64,000 nucleotides of DNA, from assembly GCA_033581555.1 (NCBI GenBank), contig JAVQSZ010000007.1, positions 10,106 through 74,105 of the forward strand, written 5' to 3'. The translations under genes were made by a program, and so were the position numbers. This document shows positions 18,053 to 27,663 of this stretch, piece by piece (the first letter of the stretch is position 1; the number at the start of each line of letters is the position of its first letter). The notes below the pieces were generated by a model, which did not search any database, was not told the DNA's origin, and worked only from the letters and a program-made list of their open reading frames with translations. Source of the stretch: Nitrososphaerota archaeon (GTDB taxonomy: Archaea > Thermoproteota > Nitrososphaeria_A > Caldarchaeales > Calditenuaceae).

Positions 18053-19068
18053 GGGTCTTCGTGAACGGTTACGGCACGATCGGCAGGAGGGTCGCGGACG
18101 CGGTGAGGAGGCAGCGGGACATGGAGCTGGTGGGGGTCGGGAAGACCAAACCCGACTACAAGGCGAAGATGGCCGCGTCGAGGGGCATCAGGGTCTACGT
18201 CCCCTCGGAGAAGGAGGTCGAGGCGTTCTCTAGGGCCGGGGTCGAGGTCGCGGGGACCATCAAGGAGGGGATAACGTCCGCGGACCTCGTGATAGACGCG
18301 ACCACGGACGGGATGGGCGCGAAGAACGCCGCGCTCTACAAGGAGGCGGGGAAGCCCGCGGTCTTCCAAGGAGGGGAAAAGCCCGAAGTCGCAGAGGTCT
18401 CCTTCGTAGCCGAGTGCAACTACGACGCGTCCGCGGGCAGGAGGTACGTAAGGGTCGTCTCGTGCAACACGACCGGCCTCTGCAGGGTGATCATCGCGCT
18501 GAGGAAGGGTTTGGAGCTGGAGGCCGCGAGGGTCGTGATAGCCAGGAGGGCCGCGGACCCGGAGGAGGTCTCGAAGGGCCCGATCAACGCGGTCGTCCCC
18601 GATCCCATAGCCGTGCCCTCCCACCACGCCGATGACGTCAGGACCGTGATCCCGGACTTCGACGTCGTCACGATGGCCTACAAGGTCCCGAACACCCAGG
18701 TCCACCTCCACACTTTCATCGGGAGGTCTAGGCGCGGCGGCCTGAAGAGGGACGACGTGATCGAGGCGCTGGCCTCCTCAGAGAGGATACTGCTCGTCGA
18801 GGGCTCGCACGGCGTCAAGTCCACCGCCAGCGTCCTCGAGCTCGCGAGGGAGGCCGGAAGGCCCAGGAGCGACCTCTACGAGGTGGCGGTCTGGAGGGAC
18901 TCGATCTACACCTCCGGGAACGAGGTGATGTTCTTCATGGCGGTCCACCAGGAGGCGATCGTCGTCCCTGAGAACGTAGACGCGGTCAGGGCGGTCCTCA
19001 GGGCCGCATCGGCGCGTGAGAGCATAAGGGCCACCAACGCGAGCCTGGGGATCCCGCTGCGGATTTAA
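18049..19068 (+). CDS. gap: Glyceraldehyde-3-phosphate dehydrogenase, archaeal type II
   Basis: MRVFVNGYGTIGRRVADAV Rossmann N-terminus and catalytic VVSCNTTGLCR. 339 aa. Confidence 0.92.
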   Translation: MRVFVNGYGTIGRRVADAVRRQRDMELVGVGKTKPDYKAKMAASRGIRVYVPSEKEVEAFSRAGVEVAGTIKEGITSADLVIDATTDGMGAKNAALYKEAGKPAVFQGGEKPEVAEVSFVAECNYDASAGRRYVRVVSCNTTGLCRVIIALRKGLELEAARVVIARRAADPEEVSKGPINAVVPDPIAVPSHHADDVRTVIPDFDVVTMAYKVPNTQVHLHTFIGRSRRGGLKRDDVIEALASSERILLVEGSHGVKSTASVLELAREAGRPRSDLYEVAVWRDSIYTSGNEVMFFMAVHQEAIVVPENVDAVRAVLRAASARESIRATNASLGIPLRI

Positions 19069-19106
19069 ATTAAGTCGGCGGGCTGTTCCATCGGGGGTGG
19101 TCAGGG

Positions 19107-19202
19107 GTGCCCCGGTGCGAGCTCTGCGGCAGGAAGACCGAGAAGCTCTTCATGGTGAAGGGGAAGAGGGTCTGCGACAAGTGCCAGACGAAGGTCGGGT
19201 AG
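19107..19202 (+). CDS. Small zinc-ribbon protein (CxxC-x14-CxxC), 31 aa, not in the ORF track
   Basis: GTG start. Translation is MPRCELCGRKTEKLFMVKGKRVCDKCQTKVG. A TTTAAATTAA TATA-like element at about 19060-19069 lies roughly 38 nt upstream. Its stop abuts the convergent IPK gene stop. Confidence 0.3.
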   Translation: MPRCELCGRKTEKLFMVKGKRVCDKCQTKVG

Positions 19203-19203
19203 C

Positions 19204-19974
19204 TCAGCGGACCAGCCTAGTCCCGAGGACCGGGAGCCCGAGGACCGCGTTCGCGACCCGCTCCGGGAAGAGCCCGTTCACGATCAGGACCTCGACGCCC
19301 GCCTCGACCGCCTCGAAGGCCTCCTCGACCTTCGTCGCCATCCCGCCGGTAGCGTCCGCCACATCGGCGTACTGCGTCCTCCTGTGGCCCTCGTAGTCGA
19401 GGACGTCCGCGACCCTAGTCCCTCCGCCGGGCTCCCTGACCAGCACACCGTCGACGTCGGTCGCGTAGACGAGCCTCTTCGCCCTGAGCCTAACCGCGAG
19501 GTGGACCGCGATCGAGTCGCCCGAGAGGACCGTGAAGCCCAGCTCCCTGTCGAAGACGACGTCGCCCATCGTGACCGGGACCAGCCCCTCCCCGAGGCAC
19601 CCGAGGAACGGCTCGAGGTTGACCGACCTGACCTTCCCTCCGGACGTCCTGAAGGTCACCGAGGCCGGGACCGAGAAGGCCGGTATCCCCTCCTCCGCGA
19701 GGACCTCGGTAACCCTCTGGTTCAGCCTCCTGACGACCAGAGCGGTCCTCACCAGGCCCTCGACCGTCCCGCCAGACCTCCCGAGCCTGACCCTGCCCTC
19801 CAGCGCGGTCCTGTGGACCTCGTGGCCCCCTCCGTGGACGAGGATCAGGCCTTCCCTGACCCACTCCCTCAGGAGCCTTGCGGTCTCCCTCAGGAGCTGC
19901 TCCCTTAGCTCGGAGCTCCCGGCCCTCTTGTCCGTCAGCACCGAACCTCCGATCTTCACGACCGAGAGCGGCAT
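19204..19974 (-). CDS. ipk: Isopentenyl phosphate kinase (amino-acid-kinase fold; archaeal mevalonate pathway)
   Basis: KIGGSVLTD...LILVHGGG...LVYATDVDGVL...ATGGM matches the IPK pattern. The likely start is the internal Met at MPLSVVKIGG. Confidence 0.75.
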   Translation of the reverse strand: MPLSVVKIGGSVLTDKRAGSSELREQLLRETARLLREWVREGLILVHGGGHEVHRTALEGRVRLGRSGGTVEGLVRTALVVRRLNQRVTEVLAEEGIPAFSVPASVTFRTSGGKVRSVNLEPFLGCLGEGLVPVTMGDVVFDRELGFTVLSGDSIAVHLAVRLRAKRLVYATDVDGVLVREPGGGTRVADVLDYEGHRRTQYADVADATGGMATKVEEAFEAVEAGVEVLIVNGLFPERVANAVLGLPVLGTRLVR

Positions 19975-20057
19975 CCGGCCCCACCCCTCCCGAGCTCCCG
20001 AAAAGTTTTGCACGCCGCCCTCCCCAGCGATCGGCCGAGTTACCTCTGAGCGCTTAA

Positions 20058-21590
20058 ATGCGACCGGGCGCGGAGTCGGACGTGAGCTCCGTCGACGCCG
20101 ACCTTCTGGAGACGCTGAAGGAGCTGGCCAACGCGTACGGGCCGCCTGCTTGGGAGGAGGACGTCGTGGGGAGGCTCAAGTCGATGACTTCGGGGCTCGC
20201 GGAGAGGACCTGGAGGGACAACTTGGGGAACCTCTTCGTGAAGGTGAGGTCCGGGAGGGGACCGAGGGTGATGCTGGTCGCCCACATGGACGAGGTCGCG
20301 ATGATCGTGAGGCACGTCGACGACTCCGGGTTCCTCCACGTCGCGCCCCTCGGCGGCCTCGACCCCAGGGTCCTGATCGGGCAGAGGGTCGTCGTCCACG
20401 GGAGCGCTCCCGTCGAGGGGTGCGTCGGTGCGAAGCCGCCCCACGTGATGACGCCTGAGGAGATGAAGTCCGTCCCGAGCGTGAAGGAGCTCTACGTCGA
20501 CATCGGGGCATCGAGCAGGGAGGAGGCGAAGGCCCTCGGGATCAGGGTCGGGAGCTTCGTCACGTTCCCACCCAACTTCTCGGTCTCCTCGGGGACCAGG
20601 GTGATCTCGAAGGCCCTTGACGACAGGGCGGGCTGCGCGGCAGCGGTCGAGGTCTCGAGGAGGCTACAGGGCCTCGAGTCCGGCCCGGAGCTCTACGCGG
20701 TCTTCACGGTCCAGGAGGAGCTCGGCCTGAGGGGCGCCTCGGTGATCGTCGAGCAGGTCGAGCCCGACCTCGCGGTGGTGCTGGAGTGCACGGTGGCCGC
20801 CGACGTCCCCGGAACTCCACCTCAGGACCACGTGACCAGACTGGGGCATGGAGCTGCGGTCAGAATGATGGACTCGACGATGCTGACCAACCCGAGGCTC
20901 GTCGGCTGGCTCGCAGGGATCGCGGAGAGGGAGGGCATACCCTACCAGCTCCAGGTGATGACGGGAGGAGGGACCGACGCCGGCAGGATACACATCCAGC
21001 GGAGGGGCGTCCCGACGGTCGTGATCTCCACGCCGTGCAGGTACCTCCACACGCCGAACCTGATGCTCGACCTGAGGGACCTGGAGGCCGTGGTGAGGCT
21101 GACGGTCGCGGCCGCGATGGAGGCGCGGAGGCGCTCAGAGACCCCTCGACCTGAGGAGCCTCTCGATCCTCCTCGCCAGCTTGAAGTCCCGGTCGGTGAG
21201 GCCGCCCTCGTCGTGGGTGGTGAGGGAGATCCTCATCCTCCCGTATCCGAGGGAGACGTCGGGGTGGTGGTTCATCTCGTCCGCGATCTCCGCGATCCTG
21301 CGCAGCAGCCTGACGCCGTCCGTGAAGCCCTCGAGCTTAACGACCCTGTAGATCCTCTTCCCGGTCCTCCTCCAGTTCCTCAGCGGCCTGAGCCTCCGCT
21401 CGACCTCGGCCTCGGAGAGCCTCAACCCGCGGCGATAGGTCGCTCGGCGCACTTAACGGTTCCCCCTGAACAAGGTACCGGAGTCAGGAGGCTCCCCTCA
21501 TCCTCTCGCCGATCTGGCGCTCGAGCTCGTGGAGCTGCTCGTAGAGCCTCCTCAGTCTCGGGTCCGAGTCCGGGGGCGTCACGACCCTGA
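20058..21590 (+). CDS. M42-family (TET/FrvX-like) aminopeptidase. The conserved domain ends near 21130, but the ORF has no in-frame stop until 21590.
   Basis: N-terminal [20 protein letters not shown], then [13 protein letters not shown], then a metal-binding core. The last 150 codons are low-complexity and lie antisense to the PCD and dnaJ genes. Confidence 0.7.
   Translation: MRPGAESDVSSVDADLLETLKELANAYGPPAWEEDVVGRLKSMTSGLAERTWRDNLGNLFVKVRSGRGPRVMLVAHMDEVAMIVRHVDDSGFLHVAPLGGLDPRVLIGQRVVVHGSAPVEGCVGAKPPHVMTPEEMKSVPSVKELYVDIGASSREEAKALGIRVGSFVTFPPNFSVSSGTRVISKALDDRAGCAAAVEVSRRLQGLESGPELYAVFTVQEELGLRGASVIVEQVEPDLAVVLECTVAADVPGTPPQDHVTRLGHGAAVRMMDSTMLTNPRLVGWLAGIAEREGIPYQLQVMTGGGTDAGRIHIQRRGVPTVVISTPCRYLHTPNLMLDLRDLEAVVRLTVAAAMEARRRSETPRPEEPLDPPRQLEVPVGEAALVVGGEGDPHPPVSEGDVGVVVHLVRDLRDPAQQPDAVREALELNDPVDPLPGPPPVPQRPEPPLDLGLGEPQPAAIGRSAHLTVPPEQGTGVRRLPSSSRRSGARARGAARRASSVSGPSPGASRP
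21135..21452 (-). CDS. Pterin-4a-carbinolamine dehydratase (PCD/DCoH)
   Basis: 105 aa with [35 protein letters not shown], the signature of PCD/DCoH. Confidence 0.85.
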   Translation of the reverse strand: MRRATYRRGLRLSEAEVERRLRPLRNWRRTGKRIYRVVKLEGFTDGVRLLRRIAEIADEMNHHPDVSLGYGRMRISLTTHDEGGLTDRDFKLARRIERLLRSRGL

Positions 21591-22566
21591 AGTGGATCAC
21601 CATGTCGCCGCGGCCCCTCAGGCCCTTCCCCTTCAGCCTCACCTCGCCGAGGCCTTGCGGCACCCTGACCTCGATCTGTTCGCCGAGGAACCTGAACCTC
21701 ACCATCGAGCCGAGGAAGGCCTCGCTGGGCGTGACCGGGACCTCGACGTGGACGTCTCCCCCCTCGAGCCTGACGTTCTCCGGGAGCCTCACCCTCAGCC
21801 TGACGTAGACGTCACCTCCGCCCCGGGTCCAGAGCCTCAAGACGTCGCCGTCCGCAGCCTCGGGGGGCACCTCGAACTCGACCTCCTCGAGGACCCTCGA
21901 CCTCCCGGTCCCTCCGCACGCGCCGCAGGCCTTCTCCGCGACCTTGCCCCGCCCGCCGCAGGAACCGCAGGTCGTCGCGACCGTCATGAAGACCGGTCCG
22001 GACCTCCTCCTAGTCACGACGTGGCCGCTCCCGCCGCAGACGCCGCAGACCCTCAACCTCCCTCCCTCGGCCCCGGTTCCGTGGCAGGCGCCGCAGACCC
22101 CTGTCCTCGGGACCCGGACCCTCTTCCTCCCTCCGCGGTAGAGGTCTTGGATGTCGACGTCAACCTCGACCACCGGCCGCTCCTCGGGCTCCGGCCCGAA
22201 CCCGAACCCCAGGCCCCAGTCCCTGAAGAACTTCTCGAAGATCGAGCCGATGTCCCCGAACCCCAGGTCCCTCAGGACCTCCTCGAAGTCCGCCTCCCTC
22301 CCCCTGAAGATGTCCTCAGTCCTCGCGTAGGCCTGGGAGAGTCCCTCGTGGCCGTAGAGGTCGTAGAGCCTCCGCTTCTCGTCGTCCATCAGGACCGCAT
22401 AGGCCTCGCTGATCTCCTTGAACTTCTCCTCCGCATCGGGTGACTTGTTCCTGTCGGGGTGATACTGGAGCGCGAGCCTCCTGTAGGCCCTCTTGATCTC
22501 CTCCTTCGTCGCGTTCCTCGGGACCCCCAGCACCTCGTAGTAGTCCCTCTTCGGCCTGCTGGACAT
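21484..22566 (-). CDS. dnaJ: Chaperone DnaJ (Hsp40)
   Basis: N-terminal J domain (DYYEVLGV...HPDRN) and four CxxCxGxG zinc-finger repeats. 360 aa. Immediately downstream of dnaK. Confidence 0.95.
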   Translation of the reverse strand: MSSRPKRDYYEVLGVPRNATKEEIKRAYRRLALQYHPDRNKSPDAEEKFKEISEAYAVLMDDEKRRLYDLYGHEGLSQAYARTEDIFRGREADFEEVLRDLGFGDIGSIFEKFFRDWGLGFGFGPEPEERPVVEVDVDIQDLYRGGRKRVRVPRTGVCGACHGTGAEGGRLRVCGVCGGSGHVVTRRRSGPVFMTVATTCGSCGGRGKVAEKACGACGGTGRSRVLEEVEFEVPPEAADGDVLRLWTRGGGDVYVRLRVRLPENVRLEGGDVHVEVPVTPSEAFLGSMVRFRFLGEQIEVRVPQGLGEVRLKGKGLRGRGDMVIHFRVVTPPDSDPRLRRLYEQLHELERQIGERMRGAS

Positions 22567-22603
22567 TATTCCGGAGCGACGTTCCCCGGTGAGCTAATAT
22601 AAC

Positions 22604-24433
22604 TTAACCCGACGCGGGACCGCTCTTCTCTCCCTTCTCCCCGGAAGCCGACGGCGCTGTGCTCTGGTAGATCACCATGCCGATCTCCTGTGCCACCTTC
22701 CGCAAGCTCTCGACCTTCGACTTGATCGCACCAACGTCGTCGCCCTTCGCCGCCTCCCTCAGCTCCCTGACCGCCGCCTCGACCCGTGACCTCAGGTCCG
22801 ATGGGACCCTCTCGCCGTACTCCTTGAGGGCCCTCTCGACCGAGTAGATCAGGGACTCGGCCTCGTTCCTCACCTCGGCCAGCTCCTTCTTCCTCCTGTC
22901 CTGCTCCGCGTACGTCTCGGCCTCCTTGATCATCCTCTCGATCTGCTCCCTCGAGAGCCTGTGGGGCGCGGTTATCTTCGCGCTGATCTCCTTCCCGGTC
23001 CCCAGGTCCTTCGCGGTCACGGTGAGTATCCCGTCGACGTTGATGTCGAAGGTCACCTCGATCCTCGGGACCCCCCTCGGGGCCGGAGGTATTCCGTCCA
23101 GGAGGAGCTTCCCGAGCGAGACGTTGTCCGCGGCCATCGGCCTCTCTCCCTGGACGACGTGGACCACGACCGAGGTCTGGAAGTCCTCTGCGGTCGTGAA
23201 GACCTTGCTCCTCCTCACCGGTATCGTCGTGTTCCTCTCGATGATCGGCTCGACGAGACCTCCGAGGACCTCGACGCCCAGCGTGAGGGGCGTGACGTCG
23301 AGCAGCACTATGTCCTTCCCCTTCAGCTCCCCGGAGATTATCGCTGCCTGGATCGCCGCGCCGATCGCGACCGCCTCCATCGGGTCGACGCCCCTCTCGG
23401 GCTCTTTCCCGATCACCGACTTGATGAACTCCCTGACGATCGGCATCCTCGTCGGGCCCCCGATCAGTATCACCTTGTCGATGTCCTCGGGCCTCATCTT
23501 GGCGTCCGCGAGCGCCTGCATCATCGGGCCCCTGCACCTCTCGATGATCGGCCTCACCAGCTCCTCGAGCTTCGCCCGCGTGAGGGTCATCACGAGGTGC
23601 TTCGGGCCCGTGGAGTCGCTGGCTATGAAGGGCAGGTTGATCTCGGTCTCGTAGACCGTCGAGAGCTCGATCTTGGCCTTCTCCGCGGCCTCCCTCACCC
23701 TGTGCATCGCCATCGGGTCCCTGGTCAGGTCGATCCCGGTCTCAGCCCTGAACCTGCCGACGATGTAGTTGACGATCGCGTCGTCCATGTCCCTCCCCCC
23801 CAACTGCGTGTCTCCGGACGTCGCCCTGACCTCGAAGACGCCTCCTCCCATCTCCATTATCGTCACGTCGAGCGTCCCTCCTCCCAGGTCGAAGACCATG
23901 ATCCTGAGGTCCTGCTCGGCCTTGTCGAGCCCGTAGGCGAGGGCGGCCGCGGTCGGCTCGTTGATGATCCTCACGGCCTCGAGGCCCGCGATCGTGGCCG
24001 CGTCCTTCGTCGCCTGCCTCTGGTTGTCGTTGAAGTAGGCCGGGACCGTTATCACCGCCTTCCTGACCGGTTCGCCGAGGAAGGCCTCCGCGTCCCTCTT
24101 TATCTTCTGGAGGAGGAAGGCCGAGAGCTGCTGGGGCGTATACTCCTTGCCGTGGAGGACGTACCTGTAATCCGTCCCCATCTTCCTCTTGAAGCCCGTG
24201 ACCGTGCCCTCGGGGTTTGTCACCGCCTGCCTCCTCGCAGGTTCCCCGACCAGCAGCTGTCCGTCCTTGGTCACCGCGACGTAGGACGGGAACGCCTTCC
24301 CGTACATCGTGAAGCCCTCGCTGGCGGGTATCATCACCGGCTTCCCGTCGATCACCACCGCCGCGGCCGAGTTGCTGGTCCCCAGGTCTATTCCAATGAC
24401 CCGCTCTGGCACGGCAATCCCCCGTTTCCGCAT
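22604..24433 (-). CDS. dnaK: Chaperone DnaK (Hsp70)
   Basis: 609 aa. [10 protein letters not shown] and DLGGGTLD motifs plus a full substrate-binding domain. Confidence 0.97.
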   Translation of the reverse strand: MRKRGIAVPERVIGIDLGTSNSAAAVVIDGKPVMIPASEGFTMYGKAFPSYVAVTKDGQLLVGEPARRQAVTNPEGTVTGFKRKMGTDYRYVLHGKEYTPQQLSAFLLQKIKRDAEAFLGEPVRKAVITVPAYFNDNQRQATKDAATIAGLEAVRIINEPTAAALAYGLDKAEQDLRIMVFDLGGGTLDVTIMEMGGGVFEVRATSGDTQLGGRDMDDAIVNYIVGRFRAETGIDLTRDPMAMHRVREAAEKAKIELSTVYETEINLPFIASDSTGPKHLVMTLTRAKLEELVRPIIERCRGPMMQALADAKMRPEDIDKVILIGGPTRMPIVREFIKSVIGKEPERGVDPMEAVAIGAAIQAAIISGELKGKDIVLLDVTPLTLGVEVLGGLVEPIIERNTTIPVRRSKVFTTAEDFQTSVVVHVVQGERPMAADNVSLGKLLLDGIPPAPRGVPRIEVTFDINVDGILTVTAKDLGTGKEISAKITAPHRLSREQIERMIKEAETYAEQDRRKKELAEVRNEAESLIYSVERALKEYGERVPSDLRSRVEAAVRELREAAKGDDVGAIKSKVESLRKVAQEIGMVIYQSTAPSASGEKGEKSGPASG

Positions 24434-24502
24434 TTGTCAGCCGGGTTCATTTAGGGTTAGCCCGGCGCCTCCTTAAAGCGAGGGCGTGCGCTCGTCGCGG
24501 GG

Positions 24503-25000
24503 ATGAAGTTCCACCCGCTCAGCAAGTCGGACCTGAAGAGGTTGAGGGAGGAGCTCCGGAGCAGGGGGTTCGCGGTCGAGGGGAGGACCGGTGCGGTGCT
24601 CGAGGAGGGGGGAGTGAAGGTGGTCCTGGTCGACGGGAACGCGTTCTTCGAGGAGGCGGGGAGGCTCCTCCCGGTCGCCGACGACAGGATCAACGGCTCC
24701 CTCCTCGCGGCGATGCCCTCGGTCTTCGTCGACGTCGGCGCGGTCAAGCACGTGATCAACGGCGCCTCGGTGATGAGGCCGGGGATCGTGAGGGTCGAGG
24801 GCGAGTTCTCGAAGGGCGACTACGTGGTAGTAAGGGAGGAGAGGGCAGGTCAAGCGATCGCGATCGGCGAGGCGCTGCTCTCGTCCTCGGAGCTGGCTAC
24901 CGTCACGAAGGGGAAGGTGGTCAGGAACGTCCAGCACCACGGCGACGAGGTCCACGAGAGGGCGAAGGAGGCGCTATCCCTTCTCCCCAGAGGGCGCTGA
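24503..25000 (+). CDS. PUA-domain protein (pre-PUA + PUA, archaeal MCT-1/Tma20-like)
   Basis: 165 aa. The C-terminal GASVMRPGIVRVEGEFSKGDYVVV...GEALLSSSEL is a typical PUA fold signature. Confidence 0.6.
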   Translation: MKFHPLSKSDLKRLREELRSRGFAVEGRTGAVLEEGGVKVVLVDGNAFFEEAGRLLPVADDRINGSLLAAMPSVFVDVGAVKHVINGASVMRPGIVRVEGEFSKGDYVVVREERAGQAIAIGEALLSSSELATVTKGKVVRNVQHHGDEVHERAKEALSLLPRGR

Positions 25001-25387
25001 CCTCAGCCTCCTCAGCTCCTCCATCAGCTCGACGTAGGAGGACTTGACGTCGTCGAGGTCCTCGGTCGCCAGAGCCCTCAGGTAGGTGATCGTGAGGCGG
25101 TGGTCCGATGCCCCCGGCCTCAGGAGGGCCTCAAGCAGGCGCCTCCTCAAGGGCCCTCTCGACCCCGATCGAGGACGCGGGGGTATGGCCCCGAAGACCT
25201 CCCTGCAGTCGAAGACCTCGAGCTCTATCAGCCTCCTGAGGGGCTGGCCCTCATCTCCAGCTCCCTTTAGATCCTCCTGATCTCCCTCCGGAGATGCACC
25301 TCATCTTCGCGATCTTCTCCTCCAATAAGTAGCTCGTCCCCAGCCCCTGAACCCGTGGGCGTCGTAAACAGGGTTCCAGTTGAAGAC

Positions 25388-27470
25388 CTAGACGTAGTTC
25401 ACCCCCTCCGCTTCCGAGTCGACCCCGAGGATCTCGTTGACGCTGATCACCCTCATCTCCAGCTTCATCGTCACGGGGTGGAGGACCGCGCTCTGGAGGA
25501 CGGCGCAGTTCAGGTCGTCGATGAAGGCCTTCGGGACGTCGATCGGGTCGCTCATCAGCCTCTGTATCAGTTTCTGGACGCTCCCCGCGTGGAAGGTCGA
25601 GAGACGCCGTGGCCCGTGTCCATGATTGGAAGCGCCGGCCCGGTCCCTCCGACGTAGTAGCTCGCGCCCCTTAGGACGAGGTCGTAGACTTCCGCGGGCC
25701 CGTCGGGCGAGACGTCGTTCACCCACTCGAACCCTCCGCTGGGATAGCAGTAGGCCTCGGTTCCCTCGACGAAGGCCCTCAGGTTCAGCCCTTCCCTCCA
25801 GCCCTCGAAGACGAACCTGACCAGCGAGACGCTCGGCACCCTCCAGTACCTCAGGTACTCGGTCACGCCCCGTCCGAGGAGCTCAGCTTCAACCTCGAGG
25901 TCGACCCGCAGCTCCACCGCCCTCCCCGACCCCACGGAGAACTCCACGCCCGATGCCCTCAGCACCGCCTCGAGCCCGCTCCACCTCAGCGCCTCGCTCC
26001 CGGCCCTGACCCTGAGGGCCCCATTCAGCCCGAGCCTCGAGATGGACCAGACAGCCCAAGCGGCCCTGTTGACGCCGAAGGGGCCCTGGAACCTCTGGCC
26101 CCAGCCCTCCAGCGCGTCCAGTAGGCCCCTGAGGAGCGCGGACCCGTCGCCGACGTCTGTGGAGAGGAGCGCGCCCCAGGCTCTGTGCCCATCGGAGACG
26201 AGGAACCCGGAGGACCTGAGGTGGTGGACGAGCTCGGGCCTTATCCCCCTGAAGACCAGCTGCGTCCTCGCACCCCTCGCTCTCGCGGAAGTCCTCCCGT
26301 CGCAGGCCATCACCGAGTTCACGATCGACCCCAGCTCCGCCGCCTCGCCGGGCCCCCTGACCCTCGAGACCAGCTCGTGCCTCCCGCCCCTCGAGGCGAT
26401 GTAGTCGCCTCCGATCAGCCTCCCGACCAGGTACCAGAACGAGCCGAGCCCGACCGGAGGAGCGCGATCGACGAGGGCCCCAACTGGCCTCCCCCCGCCG
26501 GTGACCTGAGCTCGAGCCTGATGTCCCTGTAGCCGGACATCCAGAGGCTGAGCAGCTCGGAGGCTTCGACCTCGCGGCCGTCAGGGTGGAGGATGAACCT
26601 GTGGTTCGAGGTGACCCTGAGGACCTGGCCGCTCGAGAGCGTGAGCCTCACCGTCTCGGCGGAGCGGAGCCTCCTCAGCCCCACCGCTTCTGCCAGCCAG
26701 ACCTCCCTCGTCCCCGGAGCGGTCGCGTAGACCCCGATCGGATAAGGGAACTCCACGTAGGTCGAGCCGTCGCCCTCCTTCGCCTCGAGGGGCCTGTGCT
26801 GGGCGTAGAGCTCCGAGAGCCAGACAGGACCCCTCTCCGCGAAGACGACCGCGTCCTCGACGCACTGCATCGCCTGGAACGCCACCGACGCCTCCAGGCC
26901 CCTGATCTCGCCGACGATGATGCAGTTGGGCCTCTGCCTAGGCGCGGCCTTTAGGAGGTCGAAGAGCTCGACGCCGCTCGTGCGGGCCTCGCCCTTCCTC
27001 GTCACCTCGCTGACCCAGTTCTCGCTGGGGACGACGATCTCCGGGACGTCCTCGATCGAGACGATCTTCGCGGTCGGCCTGATGAAGACGGCCGCGGCCC
27101 TGAGCAGGGTCGTCTTCCCTGAAGCGGTCTCGCCGCGGAACCAGACGTTCATGTCGCTCTCGAGGAGCGTCCAAAGGTAGGCCGCGTTCTCCGCGCTCAG
27201 GACGTTCCACTTGATCAGCTGAGTTGTGCTGATCGGCGTGTCGGAGAGCTCCCTGATGGTGAAGTTCGAGCACCTCCTGCTGACGTCGGACCCGTAGACG
27301 ATGTTGACCCTGGACCCGTCGGGGAGCTGGGCGTCGACGATGGGGTTTCTTAAGCTGACCGGCCTCCCGCCCCTTATCGAGAGCCTCGGAACGAACCGGT
27401 CGAGCGGGCCCTGCTCTACGCCCGCCACCGACTCACCCCCGGTCCTACCGGAGCGGCCTCGCGATCGCAA
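25388..27470 (-). pseudogene. Interrupted FlaI/VirB11-type ATPase locus: ATPase core, then an intein-like insert, then the C-terminal extein (TGHG / LSTFHAGS...), spread over three reading frames
   Basis: The ATPase motifs are split between ORFs 26415..27470, 25567..26322 (ends ...EVYDLVL...PIMDTGHG) and 25388..25726 (…LSTFHAGSVQKLIQRLMSDPIDVP, the family C-terminus). Each is in a different frame. Confidence 0.5.
26415..27470 (-). CDS. FlaI/VirB11/PilT-family secretion ATPase core, with the start of an intein-like insertion after FQAMQ
   Basis: Walker A GETASGKTT, Walker B IVSIEDVPEI and the family-diagnostic CIIVGEIRGLEA...FQAMQ. It then runs into C-VEDAVVFAERG... and ...GQVLRVTSNHRFILHP (intein block A/B-like). 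TTG start. It lacks the usual N-terminal domain. Confidence 0.7.
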   Translation of the reverse strand: MRSRGRSGRTGGESVAGVEQGPLDRFVPRLSIRGGRPVSLRNPIVDAQLPDGSRVNIVYGSDVSRRCSNFTIRELSDTPISTTQLIKWNVLSAENAAYLWTLLESDMNVWFRGETASGKTTLLRAAAVFIRPTAKIVSIEDVPEIVVPSENWVSEVTRKGEARTSGVELFDLLKAAPRQRPNCIIVGEIRGLEASVAFQAMQCVEDAVVFAERGPVWLSELYAQHRPLEAKEGDGSTYVEFPYPIGVYATAPGTREVWLAEAVGLRRLRSAETVRLTLSSGQVLRVTSNHRFILHPDGREVEASELLSLWMSGYRDIRLELRSPAGGGQLGPSSIALLRSGSARSGTWSGG

Positions 27471-27587
27471 GAATGGGTCGCCGAGAGCTGTGCGACGACG
27501 TCCTCAAGCCAATATCCTATAGATAGTCTATTCATATCATCTCCTGATAGAAAATATTGAGTATTTTACTTTATCCTCGCGATCGCA
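27457..27587. repeat. Perfect 13-bp direct repeat CCTCGCGATCGCA (copies at about 27457-27469 and 27575-27587) bracketing a roughly 105-bp AT-rich segment
   Basis: Read directly from the sequence. The first copy overlaps the TTG start of the ATPase gene. The flanked segment is about 30% GC in a 65% GC genome. Confidence 0.7.
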
Positions 27588-27663
27588 GCGACCGTTGCCT
27601 CTAATATTTAAGTTAGATTTCGCGTCTAAGTCAAAAACGGCCCCTGATGCATAGATTATCTAT
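27519..27663. promoter_or_regulatory. Two copies of the palindrome ATAGA-N3-TCTAT (about 27519-27531 and 27651-27663) in an AT-rich intergenic island. Candidate operator/promoter elements.
   Basis: atagaTAGtctat and atagaTTAtctat, each followed by (t/g)(c/a)a(t/a)atcat. They lie between the 3' end of the DegT gene and the 5' end of the ATPase gene. Confidence 0.4.

Noticed and set aside
22566-23537. 323-aa ORF overlapping dnaK in another frame (R/G/D-rich), and the 497-aa + strand ORF 22961..24454
   Set aside because: Both are shadow ORFs of the dnaK gene. Their compositions are non-protein-like and they contain no motifs.
24457-24955. Minus-strand ORFs opposite the PUA gene as a possible grpE
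   Set aside because: Translations are Arg/Pro/Leu-rich with no GrpE coiled-coil or beta-sheet signature. The PUA gene occupies this locus.
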